DNA of 64,000 nt, taken from positions 384,001-448,000 of the forward strand of contig CAVPBK010000006.1 in the NCBI GenBank assembly GCA_963701855.1. Reading direction: 5' to 3'. Positions 48,706 through 56,762 of this stretch are shown piece by piece. The stretch is from Nitrospirota bacterium. GTDB taxonomy: Bacteria > Nitrospirota > Nitrospiria > Nitrospirales > Nitrospiraceae. The notes beneath the pieces were generated by a model. It saw only the letters and a list, made by a program, of their open reading frames with translations. It had not been told where the DNA came from and made no database searches. Each line of letters starts with the position of its first letter. The first letter of the stretch is position 1. The translations under genes and the position numbers were made by a program.

Positions 48706-49781
48706 ATGGGACTCGTGAAGAGAGGCAAGACGTGGTGGATGTCATTTATGTATCAGGGCCAGCAAGTCAGACGGTCGACGGGGACGACTGATAAACGGCT
48801 GGCTGAGGCGATCTTAGGCAAGGTGAAGGTCCAGATTATCGAAGGGCGATTCTTCGAGAAACCGGAAGCGCAACATCGAACCTTGAAGGAACTGATGGAT
48901 CGGTACACGAGTGAGCATGCCGCGAGGCGGGCCAATCATCGGCGGGAACTGACTAGCGTGAAGAATCTGAAGGCCTTCTTCGGGAATCCAACGCTGGATC
49001 AGATCACGCCCAAGCGGATCGTGGCCTACAAGAACCAACGGTATACCGATGGGGTGAAACCCGCCACGATGAACCGGGAGCTTGCGACCTTGAAGAAAGC
49101 GTTCAATCTGGCTCGTCGAGAGTGGGAATGGTGTACCGATAACCCGGTCTGTCGCGTCTCCATGGAGAAGGAAAACAACACGCGGGATCGTTGGCTGAGC
49201 GTGGAGGAAGAACAGCGGCTTCTCGCGGCTGCGGCTCCGTGGCTGCGAGAGCTCATGGTCTTTGCCATCTATACCGGCATGCGGATGGGGGAGATCCTGG
49301 CCCTCACCTGGGCCGGTGTCGATCTGTTCCGTCGAACGGTGACCGTCTTTCGCTCAAAAAACGGTGAGCGGCGGACGATCCCGGTGAATCACGACCGTCC
49401 TTGATCTCCTGAAAGGTAAATACACGGCGCGCCTCAGGGACGATTGATATCGTCTTTCATAGCGAAAGCCATGACGCGCCCTCGATGGGAGCAACATCCG
49501 GCGGGCTCTGCACCATCGCGCTCGACAGTGCGAAGATCCACGATCTCCATTTCCACGATCTTCGCCATACGTTCGCGACGAGGATGGTTCAGGCCGGGAT
49601 AGACCTGTATAAGGTGCAGCGGCTCCTGGGGCATAAGTCGCCGATCATGACGCAGCGCTACGCCCATCACTATCCGGAAAGTTTGCGGGATGGGGTGGAG
49701 GCGTTAGAGGCAGGCCGGTCGTTTAGCACAAATTTAGCACAATCGCAGATTCGATCTGGCGAGGCTTCTCTAAGCTGCTGA
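48706..49781 (+). pseudogene. Tyrosine integrase, frameshifted around 49390-49490
   Basis: TMNRELATLK, TGMRMGE, SKNG in the first frame; FHDLRHTFA, LGH, RY in the 49485 frame. Confidence 0.92.
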
Positions 49782-49786
49782 AAAAT

Positions 49787-49862
49787 TGGAGCCGGCGATC
49801 CGGATTGAACGGACGACCTGCGGTTTACGAAACCGCTGCTCTACCAACTGAGCTACGCCGGC
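49787..49862 (-). tRNA. tRNA-Thr(CGT)
   Basis: 76-nt cloverleaf GCCGGCG...GCGGT-TTCGTAA-ACCGC...TTCAA...CCA. Confidence 0.97.
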
Positions 49863-49910
49863 TAGGGGTCGTTGACCTGAATGGGCACGGACGCACGAAA
49901 AGTTTGGGCC

Positions 49911-49940
49911 ATGATACAGACAGGGCTTTGGACCTGTCAA
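49911..49940 (-). promoter_or_regulatory. Sigma70 promoter of tRNA-Thr
   Basis: TTGACA-N18-TATCAT. Confidence 0.65.
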
Positions 49941-49996
49941 TGAACTCAATCTGTTCGGAAGAGAAATGGTACTGGAGCGCAGTTCTAAATTCAAAA

Positions 49997-51967
49997 TTAT
50001 TTGAATCGCGCAACGGGCTGCAGTCTGACCAAGGCTCCCTGGCCTGGCCCGGGGAGACAGAGGGGCTCCTGTTCGTTGCCATACTGTTCCTGGGCTACCT
50101 TGCGCACCTGCTTCTTGGTGTAGATGCAGAGTTCGCCGGCGAGGATCGTGCCGTCCTTGTCGAGATCGGCTGAGCCGCCAAACCCTTTCAAGAGGTGATA
50201 GGTAAACAGCCCATGCTGACCGGGATCGTAAGCGTGCGCCGGTTGGACAGCGCGGTTGCCGATTATCCACATGATCTTTTCTTTCCCACTGCCTTCCTGT
50301 TCCCACAACGGGGTGATCGTACCGACAGCCTCTGCGCTGGGCGCCAGTTCAAGCGAGAGATCGAGCATCACGACGGCCTGTTGAATCGGCAATTTGGCCA
50401 AGGATTCCTGCAACCGGCGAAGCGAGTATCGGCTGGCGCCTGACGTGGCCATACTATCGAACGACAATATCGAGACCGCGCCGGTGACTGGCTCAACAAC
50501 TCCCCGTCCTGTGACTGAGACATAGACGACGGTGGTGGGGGTTACCTGCGTGGGCAGCCATTCTTCCAAGACCTTAACCAGATCGCTCTTGAGGGCATGG
50601 GTATCCACAAGGGTGCGCACGCGCTCGGGAGGAATCCCTCCGATTGATTTGAGGTACATGGCCATAACCTCCGCATCTCGTGCGGCGTACTTGACCCTGG
50701 CCAGGCCGCTCTCCCGAAACTGCCCCACCCCGACAACAATGCCGACAGCCTTCGGCTGTTTGAGCATGCTGGTCCGCTTCGGCAACTGATCGACATCGAC
50801 CGGCAGCGCTACAGTCCCCGCCGAAGGCTCAGGCGTCATCGCCACTAAAAACTTTTTGGCGGGCGGCAGCGTGACCGATGAGGATCCTGCACGCAATATC
50901 AGTGTCAACTCCTCCTGCAGGGGATCTTTCACCATGCCGACTTTGCCTTCCAGCGTCAGATGCTTCACCTCGCCGGGCTGAAGATCGCCGATGGTGACCA
51001 CGCTGGGAATCTGCTCGATCAAGAGCGGCGTGGCAGTGACCGATAACTCGACAGCCCGTGCGGACCCAGGCCCTTCATTTTTGACTTCAATTTCAATCGC
51101 GATAGCTTCGCCGCTATGGAGCACCTGATTGCGATTGGCTTCATGGACGATTGCTCTGAAAATGACCGTGGTAGGTTCGTCCGCTGAAACCGGCACAGGA
51201 ACGGCTACCGCTGACTGCAGCGCGGCTGTCGGTTTCGCCGATGTAGATACCCCATCGGTTGAAATAGAGGACAGCGGAGGGGCGGTCGCCGTAGCTGCGT
51301 TGGATGTACCGGCCTCGCGGGCTTGCGCAGCGTCGATGATCTTGTTGGAAGTCCCGAGTTGATTGGCCATGCCATCTGTCACAAAACCCATGGCCTCTTG
51401 GGCAATTGTATCGAGCCCCTTCACCTCGCACGAAGCCTCGGTCACTTCGACCTCTCCACGCCCGATGCTTTGTATTTTCTTGCTGTAGAGGACCGTGCCG
51501 TCGGCGGTCTTGTACGCAAAGTCCAATCCCATGGTAACCGTGGCTGGATAACGCTTGTTGGCCTTTCGAACGATAGCGAGATCGACATAGGCCAAGCCCA
51601 ACGATGCATCGACAACGCCATCCGGCATCGACGAAGGCCTCGTCTCACCTGTCACGACCTTTTCAAAGACGCGGCCTGTTTTCCGTCTAAGCAATTCTTG
51701 TAATGGAGCGCTGATCGGTAAGGATTGCCTCTGGCCACAAGCGTCCTGATAGATAAGTTGGGCTCCAACGATGCTGGGGTCGGATCGAAGGTGAACGGTC
51801 AACGGGAGAAAGTATCCGATGGTTTCGGAGTCTCGACTCGATAAAGACGAGCAGTTCGCCAACGTCGCAACGCACAACCCCACGACAACCCCTGAGGCTG
51901 CACGAAACAGAATGGACAGACGCGCTGGATCAAGAACCTCCACAATCATTCTTATACAGAAAAGCAA
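49997..51967 (-). CDS. Lipoprotein-like protein with a C-terminal caspase-fold (C14-like) domain, likely inactive
   Basis: GIVVGVGQF, KYAARDAE, HGLFTYHLLKG, AD.DKDG.I..GEL, QEP. Confidence 0.75.
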   Translation of the reverse strand: MLFCIRMIVEVLDPARLSILFRAASGVVVGLCVATLANCSSLSSRDSETIGYFLPLTVHLRSDPSIVGAQLIYQDACGQRQSLPISAPLQELLRRKTGRVFEKVVTGETRPSSMPDGVVDASLGLAYVDLAIVRKANKRYPATVTMGLDFAYKTADGTVLYSKKIQSIGRGEVEVTEASCEVKGLDTIAQEAMGFVTDGMANQLGTSNKIIDAAQAREAGTSNAATATAPPLSSISTDGVSTSAKPTAALQSAVAVPVPVSADEPTTVIFRAIVHEANRNQVLHSGEAIAIEIEVKNEGPGSARAVELSVTATPLLIEQIPSVVTIGDLQPGEVKHLTLEGKVGMVKDPLQEELTLILRAGSSSVTLPPAKKFLVAMTPEPSAGTVALPVDVDQLPKRTSMLKQPKAVGIVVGVGQFRESGLARVKYAARDAEVMAMYLKSIGGIPPERVRTLVDTHALKSDLVKVLEEWLPTQVTPTTVVYVSVTGRGVVEPVTGAVSILSFDSMATSGASRYSLRRLQESLAKLPIQQAVVMLDLSLELAPSAEAVGTITPLWEQEGSGKEKIMWIIGNRAVQPAHAYDPGQHGLFTYHLLKGFGGSADLDKDGTILAGELCIYTKKQVRKVAQEQYGNEQEPLCLPGPGQGALVRLQPVARFK

Positions 51968-52001
51968 CCAATGAGCACAACCCGCCGAACGAGACGAGAA
52001 C

Positions 52002-52122
52002 CCAGTCTATCTAGTCTGTTTGGTCTATCTGGTCTGTCTCGTGTGTGTCAAACAACAAAACAAACTCGATAGACCAGACCAACCAGACAGACCAGATAGA
52101 CGAGGCAGACAAAATAGACCAA
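52002..52122. repeat. Inverted array of 9-bp tandem repeats
   Basis: (CTGGTCTRT)-like units facing (AYAGACCAG)-like units. Confidence 0.85.
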
Positions 52123-52133
52123 GAGTCTCGGCG

Positions 52134-52162
52134 TTGACAGCCCGGAACCCCTCGGCTAAGGT
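52134..52162 (+). promoter_or_regulatory. Sigma70 promoter of ubiA
   Basis: TTGACA-N17-TAAGGT. Confidence 0.55.
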
Positions 52163-52169
52163 CATCCGC

Positions 52170-53069
52170 ATGACCAAGTCTTTTTCACCAGCACCGGAAT
52201 CGTCATCGCCGCCTAGGCTCTCCTGGTCGGCTGCCAGCCGGCTCATTCGTTTACAGAGCCAGACTGGGACATGGTTACTGATGTTCCCGACTCTGTGGTC
52301 CTTGGTCTTAGCCGCGCGCGGTATCCCTCCGCTTCGTTTGCTTGCCATCTTCGTCACCGGATCCTTTGTGATGCGCAGCGCAGGAGTCGTGCTGAACGAT
52401 TTAGCGGATCGATCTTTCGATCGACATGTGACTCGCACGCGGATACGGCCACTCGCATCAGGTGAATTGAGCCTGACACATGCACTGCTGATCGTCGGCT
52501 TCTTCCTCTTGCTCGCCGGAATGCTCGTGCTGCTCCTCGACCCACTGACGATTCTCTTGAGTCCGATTGCCGTCCTCTTGGCCGGCCTTTATCCCTTTGC
52601 GAAACGTGTGATCCACATCCCGCAAGCAATGTTGGGTATCGCTTTTGGCTGGGGCACCATCATGGCTTGGACCGCCTCGCGGGGAGACATCGAAGCGCCG
52701 GCTTGGTGCCTGTTTGCTGCGACGGTCTGCTGGGCGATCGGATACGATACGATCTACGCGCTTCAAGATCGGGAGGACGATCGTCGGATCGGTGTGAAAT
52801 CCTCAGCGCTGTTGTTCGGTTCGTCAACGTGGATTGCGGTCGGCGTGGTCTTCTGCGCGATGCTGCTGTTGCTGGGACTCGCAGGCTGGTTCGCCCACAT
52901 CGGATGGATCTACTATGCAGCCCTTGCTGCCATTGGAGTGTGGTGTCTGCGGCAATCCCTACAGCTTAGACAGACCATACCGACTCCCACCGCGTTCCAC
53001 ATGTTTCAGCAACATGTATGGGTAGGAGCCGCGGTCTTTATTGGAATGATTGCCGGATTTTTGCTGTAA
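52170..53069 (+). CDS. ubiA: 4-hydroxybenzoate polyprenyltransferase (UbiA family)
   Basis: MRSAG..LNDLADRSFD..V.RT..RPLASG, YPFAKR, YDTIYALQDREDD. Confidence 0.92.
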   Translation: MTKSFSPAPESSSPPRLSWSAASRLIRLQSQTGTWLLMFPTLWSLVLAARGIPPLRLLAIFVTGSFVMRSAGVVLNDLADRSFDRHVTRTRIRPLASGELSLTHALLIVGFFLLLAGMLVLLLDPLTILLSPIAVLLAGLYPFAKRVIHIPQAMLGIAFGWGTIMAWTASRGDIEAPAWCLFAATVCWAIGYDTIYALQDREDDRRIGVKSSALLFGSSTWIAVGVVFCAMLLLLGLAGWFAHIGWIYYAALAAIGVWCLRQSLQLRQTIPTPTAFHMFQQHVWVGAAVFIGMIAGFLL

Positions 53070-53112
53070 CGGAGGGAATGGAAACAGTCCGCAGCCAGTC
53101 TTGTTCAAATAA

Positions 53113-53183
53113 TTCGTCTGGTCTATTCGGTCTATCTGGTTCGCTTTATTCAAGCAAATCAAGAAGACAGCCCGCTAGACCAA
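53113..53183. repeat. Degenerate copy of the 9-bp inverted repeat array
   Basis: CTGGTCTAT/TCGGTCTAT/CTGGT...TAGACCAA. Confidence 0.6.
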
Positions 53184-53205
53184 ATTTTTCTCAGTTCTCG
53201 AAAGC

Positions 53206-54297
53206 TTATTTTTTGGCCTTCTCTTCCTTGGCTTTGGCCGCAGCCTTTGCTGCCTCAGCCTTTTCCGCAGCAGCTGCAGCTGCTGCCTTCTGGATGTCTT
53301 CCTCGGTCGTCATCGATTTCAATGTCGTCAGATACAGTGTGACGGCCTTGGCATCGGCATCGCTAAGCCCCAGCGCCGGCATCCTGGTTTCCGCATTCAT
53401 CGCCTGCGGGTTCTTCAACCACCGATAGACCCAGGTCCCATTCAATCTGAATCCCGCCCGATCGAGCGCCGGCCCAACCTTGCCGCCATCTGGGCCAATA
53501 CTATGGCAACCGTTGCAGCCATACTTATTTTCATAGAGCCGTTGGCCATACGCTACCGTCTTTGCTAGCTGGTCTGGCTTTATCGTGAGATCCGGTCTGG
53601 GAACGCTTGTGCCTTTTCCTGGTCTCGTCACGAGATTCGTCATTGCAGCCTGTGCAACATCGAGTTCTTTCTTCGCCTTGCTCATGGCTGCTAACTCGTC
53701 AGCATAGGAGGACTCGTCTGGCTCAACGTCCTTTTTGAGTGCTTCACTTTTCTTTTCCGCTTCCTCGCTGGCTTGCTTCTCGGCCGCCTCATACGCCTTC
53801 GTGGCCTGCTCCAAATTAGTTTTCGCAGTTAGGAGCGCCGTCTCCAGCTGTTTCTTCCGTTCCTCGACTTTAAACTCCATCTTTCCGCCATGGAGACCGC
53901 GAACATACCCAACAATGGCCCAAATCTCTTCTTCCGATAGGGTGTACTTGAAGGTCGGCATGGTCGGCACGGCAAAATCGTCGTCGCCGATTTCATCTCC
54001 ACCCTCTTCGCTCGTATCCTTCATATCGCGAGAAATCGTATTGAAGATATCTTCGTCTTTAAACGTGCTCATTTCTGACTTGTTCGTGAGATCTTTGGGC
54101 TTCGGATCCGGCATCGAGGACCAATTGAATCCTTCGTTCTGCTTTCCGCTCTCACCGTGACAATGCGAGCAGTAATGGCCATAAAGTTCATGCCCCTTCG
54201 CCCCTTGCTCATTGGCACAACCTGCCACGGTCACCAAGGCCCAGACACCGGCCACTACCCCCACTATTCCCATTACATATAGCCGAGCCGCCTTCAT
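53206..54297 (-). CDS. Diheme cytochrome c lipoprotein
   Basis: CSHCH and CNGCH; VAG-C. Confidence 0.92.
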   Translation of the reverse strand: MKAARLYVMGIVGVVAGVWALVTVAGCANEQGAKGHELYGHYCSHCHGESGKQNEGFNWSSMPDPKPKDLTNKSEMSTFKDEDIFNTISRDMKDTSEEGGDEIGDDDFAVPTMPTFKYTLSEEEIWAIVGYVRGLHGGKMEFKVEERKKQLETALLTAKTNLEQATKAYEAAEKQASEEAEKKSEALKKDVEPDESSYADELAAMSKAKKELDVAQAAMTNLVTRPGKGTSVPRPDLTIKPDQLAKTVAYGQRLYENKYGCNGCHSIGPDGGKVGPALDRAGFRLNGTWVYRWLKNPQAMNAETRMPALGLSDADAKAVTLYLTTLKSMTTEEDIQKAAAAAAAEKAEAAKAAAKAKEEKAKK

Positions 54298-55160
54298 GCT
54301 GATTGCCCTTTCTTTAGCTTACGGATCAGAACGAACTGAAATCCGAGAGCCAGGCCCACGGCAATGGCCGCATAGTAATAACCAGTATAATCCGGTGGCG
54401 CTTCTGCACGGAAATACCACCAGGATGAGACGGCTTTTTGGGAGCCCTTCTCCTTCAGCTCGCCGCTGCTTGGATCTTTCTTGCCATCCCAGGCAGCAAA
54501 GCCGATATTGATGAACCCGGCTGTCGTGATCTGCGTATCTTCTTCAGGATTCTCGGTGGCAAGCGGCCGCGTAAAGACCACTTTCCATCTACCGTTCGCG
54601 TAGGTTCCTTTGGCCTTCACATCCTGGTGCGTCTGTATTTTGAGTGTGCCGAAGCCCTTGGCGTTCATGTCAACGCCTTTGCCGTCTTTGTTCTTCCAAT
54701 ACCAAATATTGACCGGGCCGCCTTCCACCTGTGCCATCGGCTGGCCATGCGCAAAGTGGGCCTTCTTGTCGCCCACCATGAACTGAATCGCAGCTGCATC
54801 GTCCGGATCTTCGGTCGGATCGGCGTACTCCAAGAGAATGGCCACGTTAGTTCCGTCGTGCAAGCCACGGACGATTATGTCTTTGACCGTCGCTTCCAGA
54901 ATACGGGTCGGCCAATGGACTTGAGGCGACATTGGGAATGTCGCCGGAGGCGCGCTGTTCCACACTGCCGCGGTCGGATCATCTGCCGGCAGGGCACCCT
55001 TCACCAGCGGAGCGCTGACCGACGAGCTTGCCTGAGTTTCTGCTGGAGCGGCGGCCTTGGGGTTTTCTTCGGCTGCGGCGGGCTGCACGATCAAAAACCC
55101 TATGGCAAGGCACACGCCGCCGACGACATTCGGAACGATTCGACTGAGTCCGCGTATCAT
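54294..55160 (-). CDS. DMSO-reductase type II gamma-like heme b protein (NxrC-like candidate)
   Basis: DAAAIQF, VNIWYWK, GRWKVVFTRPL, FAAWDG...KGSQK; C-terminal TM. Confidence 0.8.
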   Translation of the reverse strand: MIRGLSRIVPNVVGGVCLAIGFLIVQPAAAEENPKAAAPAETQASSSVSAPLVKGALPADDPTAAVWNSAPPATFPMSPQVHWPTRILEATVKDIIVRGLHDGTNVAILLEYADPTEDPDDAAAIQFMVGDKKAHFAHGQPMAQVEGGPVNIWYWKNKDGKGVDMNAKGFGTLKIQTHQDVKAKGTYANGRWKVVFTRPLATENPEEDTQITTAGFINIGFAAWDGKKDPSSGELKEKGSQKAVSSWWYFRAEAPPDYTGYYYAAIAVGLALGFQFVLIRKLKKGQSA

Positions 55161-55227
55161 AAGTTCCGTCCTCTCTCTACTTACTTCATCAGAGGTGTGG
55201 CTCTTTGCCTTCCTCGATATCTCTTCA

Positions 55228-55324
55228 GGGATGGAGGCTGATTGATCTCCCACTGCGCGCGTCCAACGAGGGCCTTCTGAGGCCGCGCGTTGCGCGAGCA
55301 CAGGAGATCAACAGGCTCCATCCC
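55228..55324. repeat. ~97-bp imperfect palindrome (REP-like)
   Basis: GGGATGGAG..TTGATCTCC...GGAGATCAA..CTCCATCCC. Confidence 0.85.
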
Positions 55325-55337
55325 ATCCTCTGCCCCG

Positions 55338-56054
55338 CTATTCCCAGGTCCGAGGCGATTGATGCGCGCCATCGTACTCGCCCATGATGATTTTCCAGAT
55401 CCATTCGTCTGGAAGTTCAAGCTCCCAGCGAGGCATCGCGGATTTCCACGGCATTCCTTCGATCGGGAGGCCGACGCCGCCCTTTTTAATTCGCCAGAAC
55501 AGATAGCTTTCCTGGAGCATCGCGATCGTCGTGGGATCGGAGAAGTTAGCCGGGGGAGGATTGAATCCCCTGGCCGCAGAACCCTTTCCGTCGAAGTTTC
55601 CTCCGTGGCAGGGGGAACAGAATGCCGCATAGAAGCCCTTCCCCTGCTGGATCGTGTCCGGTGTCTTTGGAACCGGATTTGACAACCCTGCATACTCACC
55701 CGGCGGAGCCGGATGAATGGTCCTGTTTTCGCCAGGAGGCGCATCGCTGACCGCCGTACTATTGTAGGTTTGCCAGCCGACCAGTAAAGGGAACAGAATC
55801 AGGACACCGTACCGTAATGCTTGCAGTCCGCCAATACTCTCTCCCGTCAAGAAGCGTTGAAGCGGACCCCAAAACTCCTCTTTGGACTCCGCGCTCACTG
55901 TGGCAAGGATGAGAAACCCCGACGTCGTCAGCAATAGGTACAGAAACACCAGACTGGCCGGCAGCGGAGCCGAGCCAGGGATATTGGGCACCACAAATTT
56001 CAGAATCAAATAGGTGATGACATTCAACAAGATCAGTTTGATCAACGGCCCCAT
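55338..56054 (-). CDS. Membrane-bound monoheme cytochrome c
   Basis: CSPCH; 3 N-terminal TM. Confidence 0.9.
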   Translation of the reverse strand: MGPLIKLILLNVITYLILKFVVPNIPGSAPLPASLVFLYLLLTTSGFLILATVSAESKEEFWGPLQRFLTGESIGGLQALRYGVLILFPLLVGWQTYNSTAVSDAPPGENRTIHPAPPGEYAGLSNPVPKTPDTIQQGKGFYAAFCSPCHGGNFDGKGSAARGFNPPPANFSDPTTIAMLQESYLFWRIKKGGVGLPIEGMPWKSAMPRWELELPDEWIWKIIMGEYDGAHQSPRTWE

Positions 56055-56064
56055 ACGTTCCTCC

Positions 56065-56688
56065 TCAGCGCGCTTGCGCCACGGCCACTGGACCGGACTG
56101 AGCTGCCTTCACCGGAGCGGCAGGCGCCTGTCCCGGCACGTCTAGTTCAGATGGATTGATAGAAATCGGTTCGCCGCTCATCTGCTGTAGGAATGCGATA
56201 ACCGAGAGAATTTCGTTCCTGGACAGCCCAATCGGGTTCTTATTGATGGCGGGCATGTCGGCTGGATAGTGCTTTGGCAGCCCTTCATGGCGATAGTCCA
56301 TATAGATATACGCCTGTGGCTGCGTCAAGCTTTCATAGAGAAACTCACGGCTCAACTTGGCCCCGATCCCCTTCAAGTCCGGGCAACGGGCTGACTCGCT
56401 GGGGCCGATCGTGTGACACAGCGCACATTGGCCCTTACTAAAGAAAATCTTCTGCCCAATAGCCGCCAAATCCGTCGGTGTTTTGACCGTGGCAATGTCG
56501 AATTTCTCCTCAACAGGCGGTAACGACGCCATCTGCGGAATCGACAACGACGTGAGCATGAAGATGCCGAGCACAATCGCGACGAACCCGATGACCCGCG
56601 GGAACACGGATTTAATAAAGAGGAGAATGAGGATCCCGCTCCCTACCACCGAGAGACAAATCAATTGCAGTCTGGCTACTTCACTCAT
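56065..56688 (-). CDS. Membrane-bound monoheme cytochrome c
   Basis: CALCH; 2 N-terminal TM. Confidence 0.9.
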   Translation of the reverse strand: MSEVARLQLICLSVVGSGILILLFIKSVFPRVIGFVAIVLGIFMLTSLSIPQMASLPPVEEKFDIATVKTPTDLAAIGQKIFFSKGQCALCHTIGPSESARCPDLKGIGAKLSREFLYESLTQPQAYIYMDYRHEGLPKHYPADMPAINKNPIGLSRNEILSVIAFLQQMSGEPISINPSELDVPGQAPAAPVKAAQSGPVAVAQAR

Positions 56689-56762
56689 AATCACCCTTCC
56701 CTGCGGAATGGTACATATTGAATGTACTCTGTTGAGTGGAACGTCAACTCAACGTTCATCAC

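Larger units (their letters stand above)
35073..49832. mobile_element. Island A: ~14.7 kb integrative element (Rep_trans, RadC, Xis, Int plus cargo)
   Basis: Bounded by att and the intact tRNA; integrase abuts the tRNA 3' end. Confidence 0.9.
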
